From: a virus
IMG/VR virus record: IMGVR_UViG_3300042010_000040
Coordinates: 28,348 to 92,347 of that record
Length of the DNA stretch: 64,000 nt
Direction: 5' to 3' (one strand)
A model generated the notes under the pieces. It saw only the letters and a list, made by a program, of their open reading frames with translations, ran no database searches and was not told where the DNA came from. Below, one piece after another: positions 18,873-27,172 of this stretch. How positions within the stretch are numbered: position 1 is the stretch's first letter; each line of letters starts with the position of its first letter. Both the position numbers and the translations under genes were made by a program.

Positions 18873-20216
18873 TTAGATCAAGCCAAGTTTTTGTTTGATA
18901 AGATCTTCGGTAGAAGTTTTAGCTTTCGAGGTAGTCTCTACAACGGCTTCAGTACCTTGGTCGCCAATCTCTGTAAACATATCAGATGCTTCAAGAGCTT
19001 GTTTCTGTGCAGCAAAACCACTCAGAACAGTTTCAAATGCCGAGTCGTCCAGAGAAGCCAAGGACGTGCTAACGGCCTCCACTTTGTCAGCGGACATAAC
19101 AGCGGCAAGTGCAGTCTTGCGACTGGTCATTTTTACGGCTACAGCAGCAGCTTCAGCAGAGGCTACTTGAGCAAGTGCTTCAGTCAGGGCTGCTTCTTTT
19201 TCTGCAAATGCAGATTGGAGAGTAGTCAGGGTTTCTTTGACAGAGGTAAGCTCTGCTACTTGGCCTTCGTACTGTGCAAGTTGTGCTTGCAATTCAGCGA
19301 GTTGCGACATATCCAGAGTTTCCTCATTGGTTTTCATATTAAATAGCTTATTCTTAAGCATACTGTTTCCTTCGGGTCTTTGAGCCGTATCGGCCAAATA
19401 GTTATAGAACTGATCCACAGTCATGGAACTATCAGCCAAACCAAGCTCAATTGCTTCTTTCGCAAGGAAAGTACGCGCTTGTGTCGATTTAACTGTCTCT
19501 ACAGTGAGGTTACGGTGTGTCGCAACAAACTCTGTAAATTCGGTGTACAAAGTGTCAACTTTGGATTGGATATCACTAATGAAGTCTGGGCGGAAAGAAC
19601 CATCATCTGCAAAAGGTGTTTTAGATTCACCAGCAAATACATAAGTGCGCTCGTAGCCTTCCATTTCAAGAGCTTTGCTATCGTTCATGAGTCTCACGAC
19701 TACCCCAATACTACCCAACTCACTTTGACTATTAGTAATAACTTCATCAGCAATTGCAGTCAGAGCGTAGCCAGCGCTTGCACTGAGCCCATCGACATAT
19801 GCAAGAATCCTTACACCGTTATCATCAGCAAGTTTACGCAAGTAGTTTGCTGTATCGAATACCGAGTAAGCTTCACCACCGGGGCTGTCCACAATGAAGG
19901 CGATGGTTTTAGCACCAGCATCCACCATAGCTGAGAAGTCTTCTTTCAAACCTTCGTATGAAGTACCACCGCAAAGGGCAGCAAACATTGTCGGCTTGTA
20001 GGTAAGAGGACCACTAATCTCAATAACACCAGTTTGAATATCAGCGTTATAAGTGAGTTGTTTTGGCTCACCATCAAAGAGAGCTTCAGGGGAAGTTTCA
20101 ACATCACCAGAGCAACGCTTGTTCACATAATCAACAATAGTCTCAAACGAGCTAGAATCAATCATGTGAGGAACGTTGACAATTTTACTTTTCAGACGTA
20201 ACAAGCTATGAGCCAT
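18873..20216 (-). CDS. Prohead protease (S49) fused to scaffold
   Basis: VDSPGG, ASAGY and GSIGVV S49 motifs; coiled-coil C-terminus. Confidence 0.88.
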   Translation of the reverse strand: MAHSLLRLKSKIVNVPHMIDSSSFETIVDYVNKRCSGDVETSPEALFDGEPKQLTYNADIQTGVIEISGPLTYKPTMFAALCGGTSYEGLKEDFSAMVDAGAKTIAFIVDSPGGEAYSVFDTANYLRKLADDNGVRILAYVDGLSASAGYALTAIADEVITNSQSELGSIGVVVRLMNDSKALEMEGYERTYVFAGESKTPFADDGSFRPDFISDIQSKVDTLYTEFTEFVATHRNLTVETVKSTQARTFLAKEAIELGLADSSMTVDQFYNYLADTAQRPEGNSMLKNKLFNMKTNEETLDMSQLAELQAQLAQYEGQVAELTSVKETLTTLQSAFAEKEAALTEALAQVASAEAAAVAVKMTSRKTALAAVMSADKVEAVSTSLASLDDSAFETVLSGFAAQKQALEASDMFTEIGDQGTEAVVETTSKAKTSTEDLIKQKLGLI

Positions 20217-21823
20217 TATTCATATCCTAGTTCTTGCCAATCTTCTAAGGAGTACGTAGTAACAACCCCAGCCATCTTGACTTTAATGTATTCGGAATCT
20301 CTTGAGATAACCTCGTAGACCGTTCTTTGTATATTTGCGTTAGCGTTGTTAGCTGTTGAGGCATCCCCAGAAGATCCATTAGAACCACCAGTGCCGTTAG
20401 ACATACCTTCTACCATCCCTGCACCACTGTTAGAAGTTTCTGGTGTAAGTTGTTTAGAAAGTTCTTCTACAGACAATTCTTCATCCACTTTGTAAGGGAT
20501 GTTAGCTTGATCCATAATCCAATTGACAACTTTTGGTGCTTTCGGAATTAGGCCAACTGCTGCTGTACGTTGAATAAACTTAGAGATTTCATCAAGACTA
20601 ACTTTACCAATCTCACCGTACGTCCACTCTGGCATAACTTCTGTTGACCAACCATTTAACTGGAACAGTTGTTTGGCAAGGTCAAAGTTAAGTTGAGTTT
20701 TAATCTCATCCAGTTTAGATTGAATAGCCATCTCTACTACGCTGATTTTAGATTCAGCAAGAGAGAAGCTACCGGAACCATTACTACCAAGAGTCAAGAA
20801 GTCTGCAAACAAAGCAGTAAGAATCTCTGCTGTGTAACGCTGAATAATAAGGTTTGTATCATAAGACTTTTGTCCAGTTACAGACATAATCTCAAACTCA
20901 AACATTTTCTTGCCATCTTGGTCAAGGATAAGGGGGAGAATCAAACCAGACTCTTTAGCCTGATGCATGTTCTTGATTACAGTTTTGTAATGTTCGAACA
21001 CCGCTTTATCTTCAACAGTTGCGGTTTCAGTCATATACTGAGGTGGCAAGTAAAGCACTTTAAACCCGTTCGAATCTTGAGCCACGGAGATAGCCTCCGA
21101 CTCTTGATAAGCTGTCTTGTACTTCCAAGCTGTCCAACAACCAACCAAAGGAGATTGGCCTTCGGGGCTATCTTTTATGGGATTTGAGCGGAACAACATG
21201 AACTTTTTACGCGGGATGAACTTAATGTTAGTATCGTTAAATTCGGCTACTTCTTGATAGGAATTTATAGCCCGATTACTTGGGATATTAACGCACTGAT
21301 TCAAACCAGCAAGGTCACGGCCTTTATTCTTGAATACCCAACTGTCAATTGAGTCTTGTGAACGCAAAGGAAGTTTACGAATACCAATTAGGCCATCATT
21401 ATACATCGAGCCTTTTTCTTTGTATCTTTGACGATAAACCTTCTCTACCGGTGCAAAACCATAACGGTTGAAGCTCACAGCTTGCTTAATAAAGGACTTA
21501 AAATCGTGTTCCATATCATTCATACATTGACGCATGAATATGGCTTTATCTTTCAACTCTTCTTCGTAGCCTTCTGGAATCTTTACTGTCCAGTCAACAC
21601 GAGAAATCATCATCTCAACATACGCAAGAGCTGGGGCAATGGCACCATCTTTTTCCATACGTTTAAAGGTCTTAATTGCTTGTGGCCAACGTAGTTCGCT
21701 AGCGCACTCCTCAAGAATTTCGCCACCTAAAACCCGAAGATTATTAAATCCAGTTTCACCAAGAGCAAGAGTTGGAATATCATTTTCCCCAGCCTCTAGG
21801 GAGATTTCTGCTTCGTCAGCCAT
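20216..21823 (-). CDS. Portal protein
   Basis: YGFAPVEKVY and GSFSLAE motifs; between terminase and protease. Confidence 0.88.
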   Translation of the reverse strand: MADEAEISLEAGENDIPTLALGETGFNNLRVLGGEILEECASELRWPQAIKTFKRMEKDGAIAPALAYVEMMISRVDWTVKIPEGYEEELKDKAIFMRQCMNDMEHDFKSFIKQAVSFNRYGFAPVEKVYRQRYKEKGSMYNDGLIGIRKLPLRSQDSIDSWVFKNKGRDLAGLNQCVNIPSNRAINSYQEVAEFNDTNIKFIPRKKFMLFRSNPIKDSPEGQSPLVGCWTAWKYKTAYQESEAISVAQDSNGFKVLYLPPQYMTETATVEDKAVFEHYKTVIKNMHQAKESGLILPLILDQDGKKMFEFEIMSVTGQKSYDTNLIIQRYTAEILTALFADFLTLGSNGSGSFSLAESKISVVEMAIQSKLDEIKTQLNFDLAKQLFQLNGWSTEVMPEWTYGEIGKVSLDEISKFIQRTAAVGLIPKAPKVVNWIMDQANIPYKVDEELSVEELSKQLTPETSNSGAGMVEGMSNGTGGSNGSSGDASTANNANANIQRTVYEVISRDSEYIKVKMAGVVTTYSLEDWQELGYE

Positions 21824-23278
21824 TTAAGCTCCTGCATTAAGGAAGGGGTTAGATTGAGTTAAGTTTGCGGATAGTAAGCCGGAGGAGAAGTTTGGAATTT
21901 GTAACTTCTGGGCAAGGGTGATAAATGCATCACTTGTGGCGTCCACTTGGTCATCCTTGTTCTTACGGCTCCCATCGAAACTCTCCAACTCATCAAAATA
22001 AGTGTCTGTCCAAGGCGCTTCGATATAATCAACAAGTCCGGCTTCAGCAGCTGCTGCGAATGGTTGGAATCTGATAATCTTGCTCTTATTAGAAGGACGC
22101 ATTCTAGCGTAGAAACCTTCCGACAAAAGTTCTTTAATCATCATTTGTCCGGCAGCCTTCCCAGCTTGGCCCGGTTCTTGTGGGAGTATAATTTGAGTAC
22201 CATCAGGATCAGATCCAGCAGTCTCAATTATCTTTGCCATAACTTCGCCAAATCTTGCACGAAACCTAACAACATCAATTACAATATAACGACCTTGTTT
22301 TGTCTTACCAATAAGGACGCCAGCAGTCCAGTCCGGATTTGGTAGTGCCTCACTAGGGATCGAACCGGCTATATCCCACGCACGACAGTAAGATATAATC
22401 TCTTTATCAAACAGATTAACTTTACCACAGAATTCTTTTTTCATGAATCCCGCTGCACTTTCCCTTACGAACCAATTGCCTTCCAGCAATCTTTTTCGTT
22501 CGGTGCCGCGAAGACCTTTGAGCCAAGCTACATACTTAGGGTTAACCTCTTCTACAATTTTATTGTCATAAACGTTAGCACTAATGAAGGTAAAAGATAG
22601 AGCATCTTGCTCTCTTACACCATATTCAGCTAGAAGTTGCTCTTTAGTATCAGCCCAAACAAAGTCACCATCCATGAAAGAAAAGTATCTCAACATCCCA
22701 TCTTTTGAACGGTCAGGAGTACCATCTTCTTGCAGGTAAGGCTCTACCCACTTACGAAGTCCATGATCTGCATCAGGGTTACATGTGATTTTAAGGTGGG
22801 GTTTGATCGAAGGACAAGAGGGGTTCCGCATACGAGACATGATATATTGTATCATATACATCGTATATTGGGTTCCCTCGTCTATATAGAAAAGATTTGC
22901 CTCAGACCCTTGCCAGTTTACATCAGCTTGGTCGTTTTCAAAGTGCTTTAAATATATTTCAGCACCACTAGCATGGAACACGAACTTACCATCCTTCGCA
23001 CGCCATGTATATTCATCTGGTTTATATGCTTGACTAAAGACACGTTTACATTTAGTAAGTAGACCACCCGGACCATTAAGCTGTGGTGTTGTACGACGGG
23101 TCATCACACCAATAAAGTTAGGGATATCCGTGTACTTCAAGAAGTCAATAACGCCAATTTCACTTTTTCCGCTCGCGGCTGCGCCACCGAATAAGGTTAC
23201 GTCAGCCTCCGAGGCGATATACATACTTTGGCGTAATGAACACGGGCCGGGTAACTTTTTCTGAACAACTTCAGCCAC
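21824..23278 (-). CDS. terL: Terminase large subunit
   Basis: Walker A GGAAASGKS, Walker B FYIDE, TCNP, nuclease RAWD and DDQVDA; GTG start after GAGGAGG. Confidence 0.93.
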   Translation of the reverse strand: MAEVVQKKLPGPCSLRQSMYIASEADVTLFGGAAASGKSEIGVIDFLKYTDIPNFIGVMTRRTTPQLNGPGGLLTKCKRVFSQAYKPDEYTWRAKDGKFVFHASGAEIYLKHFENDQADVNWQGSEANLFYIDEGTQYTMYMIQYIMSRMRNPSCPSIKPHLKITCNPDADHGLRKWVEPYLQEDGTPDRSKDGMLRYFSFMDGDFVWADTKEQLLAEYGVREQDALSFTFISANVYDNKIVEEVNPKYVAWLKGLRGTERKRLLEGNWFVRESAAGFMKKEFCGKVNLFDKEIISYCRAWDIAGSIPSEALPNPDWTAGVLIGKTKQGRYIVIDVVRFRARFGEVMAKIIETAGSDPDGTQIILPQEPGQAGKAAGQMMIKELLSEGFYARMRPSNKSKIIRFQPFAAAAEAGLVDYIEAPWTDTYFDELESFDGSRKNKDDQVDATSDAFITLAQKLQIPNFSSGLLSANLTQSNPFLNAGA

Positions 23279-24434
23279 TTGTGGCCTCCTCAATGTATTT
23301 AATAATCAAGTCTTTAGCTTCATTACTAAAGCATTCAGTGTAACCTGTGAACTTCTTAGTTGGTTTATAGTAATAACCAAGAGATTTTAATTCCCGCATA
23401 ATCTTTCTTTCAAGATTTGCAGAGTCTATATTAATCATCTCTTTTTCATATACAAAGTTATAGTCATAAATATCTTTTTGGCGTTTATAAACCTTTTCCC
23501 GACCTTTCTTATTACAAGTAATACCGAGTTTCAGGAAAGATTCCTTGCCGTCTGACATTTCAACAATATAAATTGAGCCAACTCTTTGACCAAGCTCTGT
23601 ATCTTCAGTGTACCGGTCAACCATATTATAAGTTGTTTTGTCGTAAGTACATTGGGCACAACCTTTACCTTTTACATGGCAAAGTGGACGTTGTTCAAAA
23701 ATACCATGCACATCACAAACAATTTTAACTTTAGTTTCTGTATTTACATATTCTGCAAAATCATATGAATACTTATCTTTGTGAGTTTGTTTTGCTCTTT
23801 CGATAAAGTACTCAGTCGTGTATTCTGAATAGCGTTGAAGCAAACTTCTCTCGACACCACACTTAGGACAACCATTACCATACATATGGGGTCCGGCAGA
23901 TTGCGTGAACTCACCATGTTCTGGACAGCCAATTACAACTTTCTGAGTGAAACCTTTAGTTAAGATAACTTTAGAATAGTCATATTTATGTTCATGGAAT
24001 TCCGCACTCTTAACTAGAAAGTCTTCTTGAGATAATCTCTGCTTTTCTACACTGCACTCTGGACATCCACGGGATACCAAGTGGTGTGCTACCGTCTGAC
24101 TGAAAACACCATGCTCTTTACAAATGATATCAATTTTACTTGTAGTTTTGGTTGTTGTTACTAAAGAGTAGTCAAACTTGTTTTGGTGTATTGCGGAGGC
24201 TTCAACAACAAAGTCCTCAATAGAGCGCTTGAGTGGAATAGACTCATGAACACAATGGCGACAACCTGCACCTTTCAGGTGAGAGTCAGTTCGCTGAACA
24301 AATATACCATGATCTTTACATTCAATATCAATGTAATATCTTGGACCTCTTGCTTCCCAAGCAACATATTTATATTTGCTGTCGTGTATGTTGTTTGCTT
24401 TTTCTACAAACTTTTCAAAATTAAATTCTGGCAA
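23271..24434 (-). CDS. Putative homing endonuclease (Zn-ribbon repeats plus GIY-YIG-like C-terminus)
   Basis: Four C..HG.F.Q...H..G.GC..C repeats; IYIV...KLGIT and GYTECF. Confidence 0.7.
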   Translation of the reverse strand: MPEFNFEKFVEKANNIHDSKYKYVAWEARGPRYYIDIECKDHGIFVQRTDSHLKGAGCRHCVHESIPLKRSIEDFVVEASAIHQNKFDYSLVTTTKTTSKIDIICKEHGVFSQTVAHHLVSRGCPECSVEKQRLSQEDFLVKSAEFHEHKYDYSKVILTKGFTQKVVIGCPEHGEFTQSAGPHMYGNGCPKCGVERSLLQRYSEYTTEYFIERAKQTHKDKYSYDFAEYVNTETKVKIVCDVHGIFEQRPLCHVKGKGCAQCTYDKTTYNMVDRYTEDTELGQRVGSIYIVEMSDGKESFLKLGITCNKKGREKVYKRQKDIYDYNFVYEKEMINIDSANLERKIMRELKSLGYYYKPTKKFTGYTECFSNEAKDLIIKYIEEATSG

Positions 24435-24440
24435 AACTTT

Positions 24441-24520
24441 AACCTCTGATTAGGTATTTAATAGGCGAGAGCTAGCTAACTGAATCAGCAGTTAGCGGGG
24501 ATGGCCATCCTTTCGCTCTC
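24441..24520 (-). promoter_or_regulatory. Structured leader (three-way junction with pseudoknot touching the SD)
   Basis: GAGAGC/GCTCTC closing stem, two hairpins, loop CTGATT complementary to AATCAG of AATCAGAGG. Confidence 0.55.
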
Positions 24521-24531
24521 ATTGTATTTCT

Positions 24532-24894
24532 TTACTCAGCTTCTTCCGAAGCCTTTTCACCACCATCACATGTGGCAAGATATTGCTTGATCATTTTCGA
24601 TTTATCGCGACCTTTAATACCCCGACGGGCAAGGATTGGTCGGATTTCCTCGATAGGCATATCTTCAAGTTGTTCTTTCGTATAATTTTCTTGAATTACT
24701 TGATAACGAAAACCCGGACTATCTTCCAACATATCTTTGCTTTCAATGTACATCCAGCAACTATGCGGATAACTCAGTCGTGGTACTTTGTCTTCTTGGA
24801 GGATAGCGCCTTTATTAGAGGCTTCTACCACATTCTTCATGAAGTCGTAGCCGAGGCTATCATTGCCTGTGACGTACAGCATATATCGATTCAT
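24532..24894 (-). CDS. Hypothetical protein
   Basis: GGAG SD and its own sigma70-like promoter. Confidence 0.7.
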   Translation of the reverse strand: MNRYMLYVTGNDSLGYDFMKNVVEASNKGAILQEDKVPRLSYPHSCWMYIESKDMLEDSPGFRYQVIQENYTKEQLEDMPIEEIRPILARRGIKGRDKSKMIKQYLATCDGGEKASEEAE

Positions 24895-24930
24895 TTAAAT
24901 TCTCTCCGTTATGTTCAATTCATAAAAGAG

Positions 24931-24960
24931 ATATTACGCTACACAACAGTGGTTTGTCAA
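24931..24960 (-). promoter_or_regulatory. sigma70-like promoter
   Basis: TTGACA-18-TAATAT. Confidence 0.55.
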
Positions 24961-25039
24961 GCTTATTACAAATATATTTAAACTATTTCAAGCTGTCTTA
25001 ACAAATAACTCTATATTCCAAGAGTTATCTATAAATCAG

Positions 25040-25330
25040 CTATGTAACTCTAATATTCACCCTACCATACCCACTCAGCCAACATCCTGATTGAGATGCA
25101 GCTACTTGCGCAGACTGCCCCACGGCTATCTTAATACCGTCACTAATTTCAACAGGAGGTTTTTCAGATTTAACAAATACATAGAGATAGTCTGTAGTTT
25201 TGTTTTGGATAGTGATCGCAGTTCCTGACGGAATAGCTGAAAGCTCATAGGCATTCTCCCACTCCAATCCGGAAAGAATTACGTCTTCTTTTGTATCCCC
25301 AGAAATTACTATTACATTTTCCATAGACAC
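25040..25330 (-). CDS. Hypothetical beta-rich protein (paralogue of the upstream gene N-terminus)
   Basis: W.N.Y..S.I..GT....NK motif shared with 25332..26411. Confidence 0.6.
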   Translation of the reverse strand: MSMENVIVISGDTKEDVILSGLEWENAYELSAIPSGTAITIQNKTTDYLYVFVKSEKPPVEISDGIKIAVGQSAQVAASQSGCWLSGYGRVNIRVT

Positions 25331-25331
25331 C

Positions 25332-26411
25332 TCAAACTAACGCTAATGTTGCAGCAGAGTACATCGTGCCAAGAAAGGCTGCCGTAACGCTGGTGTCGTT
25401 AGTTGATGCTGACAACACCCTAATAGCAAAATCTGTTTTCTCTGCTACGATAATTCCGGGGTCTCCCTCATGCCGGTAAGGTGTGACCTGACTGACAGCA
25501 ACTTCAAGGGGCATTCTATAGAAACCTAGTGGGGACTGGAAGACCGTAGCCATAGTAACAGTCCTATCTACGCCACCTGATCTTGTCTGGGCGAATAGTA
25601 TTGAGTGGACGCTTAGGGTGTGCCCTGCTGGGACTGTGTAGACAGCTTGTCTTGCTAATCCGAACCCTGCTGGGATCTGTCCTCTGATTGTACCCCCACC
25701 GGAATCGCGAACGTTGATATCGCCTACGTTAACCTTGGTAGTGCCAGCACTCATAATTAGTATCGAGTTAATCCTGAACAATTGAAGTGGAACTGCCACA
25801 GGCGTTGTACCATTCAGTGTAATAGTTTGGTTAACTTCGACATAGTTGATATCAAGACCAAAGATGGTGATTGTTCTAGCACCTACACCGGCAGCGGCGT
25901 CACTCGTACTAGTTGATACTACTTCAAGACTCGTAGCCGCTGTCATCCACGGGTAAAGCCCACCAACAGACCATACATCCTCTGGTAGCGAAGCTTGGTC
26001 AACATCGGGGTTGCTACCTAGACCAGTCACCCTGCGGACACCCGGTACAAGGCCAAGCCCAACAGCAGTGTAGAAATCCATGCCTTTAGGGTGAACGTTT
26101 GTAGTCCACAGAGAACCGTTGCTACTCTTTTCAAGGGCCTTTTCTTGCACTAAAAGAGTTGTAGCAGAGTTAGGAGAGTAAGCCCACAGACCAACCTCAC
26201 CGGGAGCAATCTCTAGTGGATCTGCCTCTGGAAATGCTGAGAGATGATAGCCGTCCACGGTTGTTGGGGCTGCTAACGATGTAGCAATTTTACAGAATGA
26301 AGTGCTCTTGTTATGCACTTCTACTTGTGTACCGACAGTGATGCCAGAAGCTGTGTAGAGGTTTGTCCAAACTCCTTTTGGTACTACAACATCTACTCTT
26401 GTTATCGCCAT
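25332..26411 (-). CDS. Putative virion-associated beta-rich protein
   Basis: GGGAG SD; DAAAGVGARTITIFGLD and YTVPAG motifs resemble phage structural proteins. Confidence 0.55.
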   Translation of the reverse strand: MAITRVDVVVPKGVWTNLYTASGITVGTQVEVHNKSTSFCKIATSLAAPTTVDGYHLSAFPEADPLEIAPGEVGLWAYSPNSATTLLVQEKALEKSSNGSLWTTNVHPKGMDFYTAVGLGLVPGVRRVTGLGSNPDVDQASLPEDVWSVGGLYPWMTAATSLEVVSTSTSDAAAGVGARTITIFGLDINYVEVNQTITLNGTTPVAVPLQLFRINSILIMSAGTTKVNVGDINVRDSGGGTIRGQIPAGFGLARQAVYTVPAGHTLSVHSILFAQTRSGGVDRTVTMATVFQSPLGFYRMPLEVAVSQVTPYRHEGDPGIIVAEKTDFAIRVLSASTNDTSVTAAFLGTMYSAATLALV

Positions 26412-26755
26412 ATTGCTATCTCCCTTTAAGAGATGGTTCTTCTAAATTCGTTAGAACCTTATTGTTATTGTTACAAAAGGGAAATTGTATACGTGGTAGG
26501 TAATTCGTACCACTCAGCTCAATTATATTAATAAATATAATTGTGTATAAAATAAATGTATTAGCACCCACGCTACCATGGTCTAATAACTCTCTGAATG
26601 CAAAATCACTCAGCTTCTCCACTCGGTAGCTTACCTACCAGCATTTGTGTGGTTCGCCAGAACCACGGGCTTCCGAACTAGGCAGCTCAGAAATTCTTTT
26701 GAATAACATAAATCCCGAACGATATCACTACGACTGATTTCGTGCGAGTTTCTTG

Positions 26756-27160
26756 TTATTCATCTTCATCAGGTTCAACGAATACTAGTGACAGACGTGG
26801 TTTCATTTCGGCCTTGATCTGCTCAGGAGATTGCTCTTCCTCTTCAGTATCACGCTTACCTTCTGCACGAGCTTTGAAGTTTGTAATCTCATCGCTGCTA
26901 GCTGCTTTTTCAACGCTGACAATGGAATTGATAATCCACTTTGCGCTTGCGACAGACTCAGAGTTTACATTTTCATTCTTAAGACTCTTATCAATCAAAG
27001 CTAGAGCAATATCTTCGCGTTCACGAAGCTTGTCAGCCAGTTCACGCAGTTTACTCTTTTTGATTCGAACCTTACTGTTTCCCGAAGTGTTTCTGTTTGA
27101 ACGTGGCCCATCAAACCTAGTATCTGGGCTAGGATTCGGGTTTGTAATTTTCTTAGCCAT
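26756..27160 (-). CDS. Putative terminase small subunit
   Basis: Size, TRF.G..NTSG N-terminal motif, acidic tail, upstream of terL. Confidence 0.5.
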   Translation of the reverse strand: MAKKITNPNPSPDTRFDGPRSNRNTSGNSKVRIKKSKLRELADKLREREDIALALIDKSLKNENVNSESVASAKWIINSIVSVEKAASSDEITNFKARAEGKRDTEEEEQSPEQIKAEMKPRLSLVFVEPDEDE

Positions 27161-27172
27161 AAATGTTACCTA

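Noticed and set aside
21824-24434. Intron or intein splitting terL
   Set aside because: terL is continuous with all motifs present; the endonuclease is free-standing upstream
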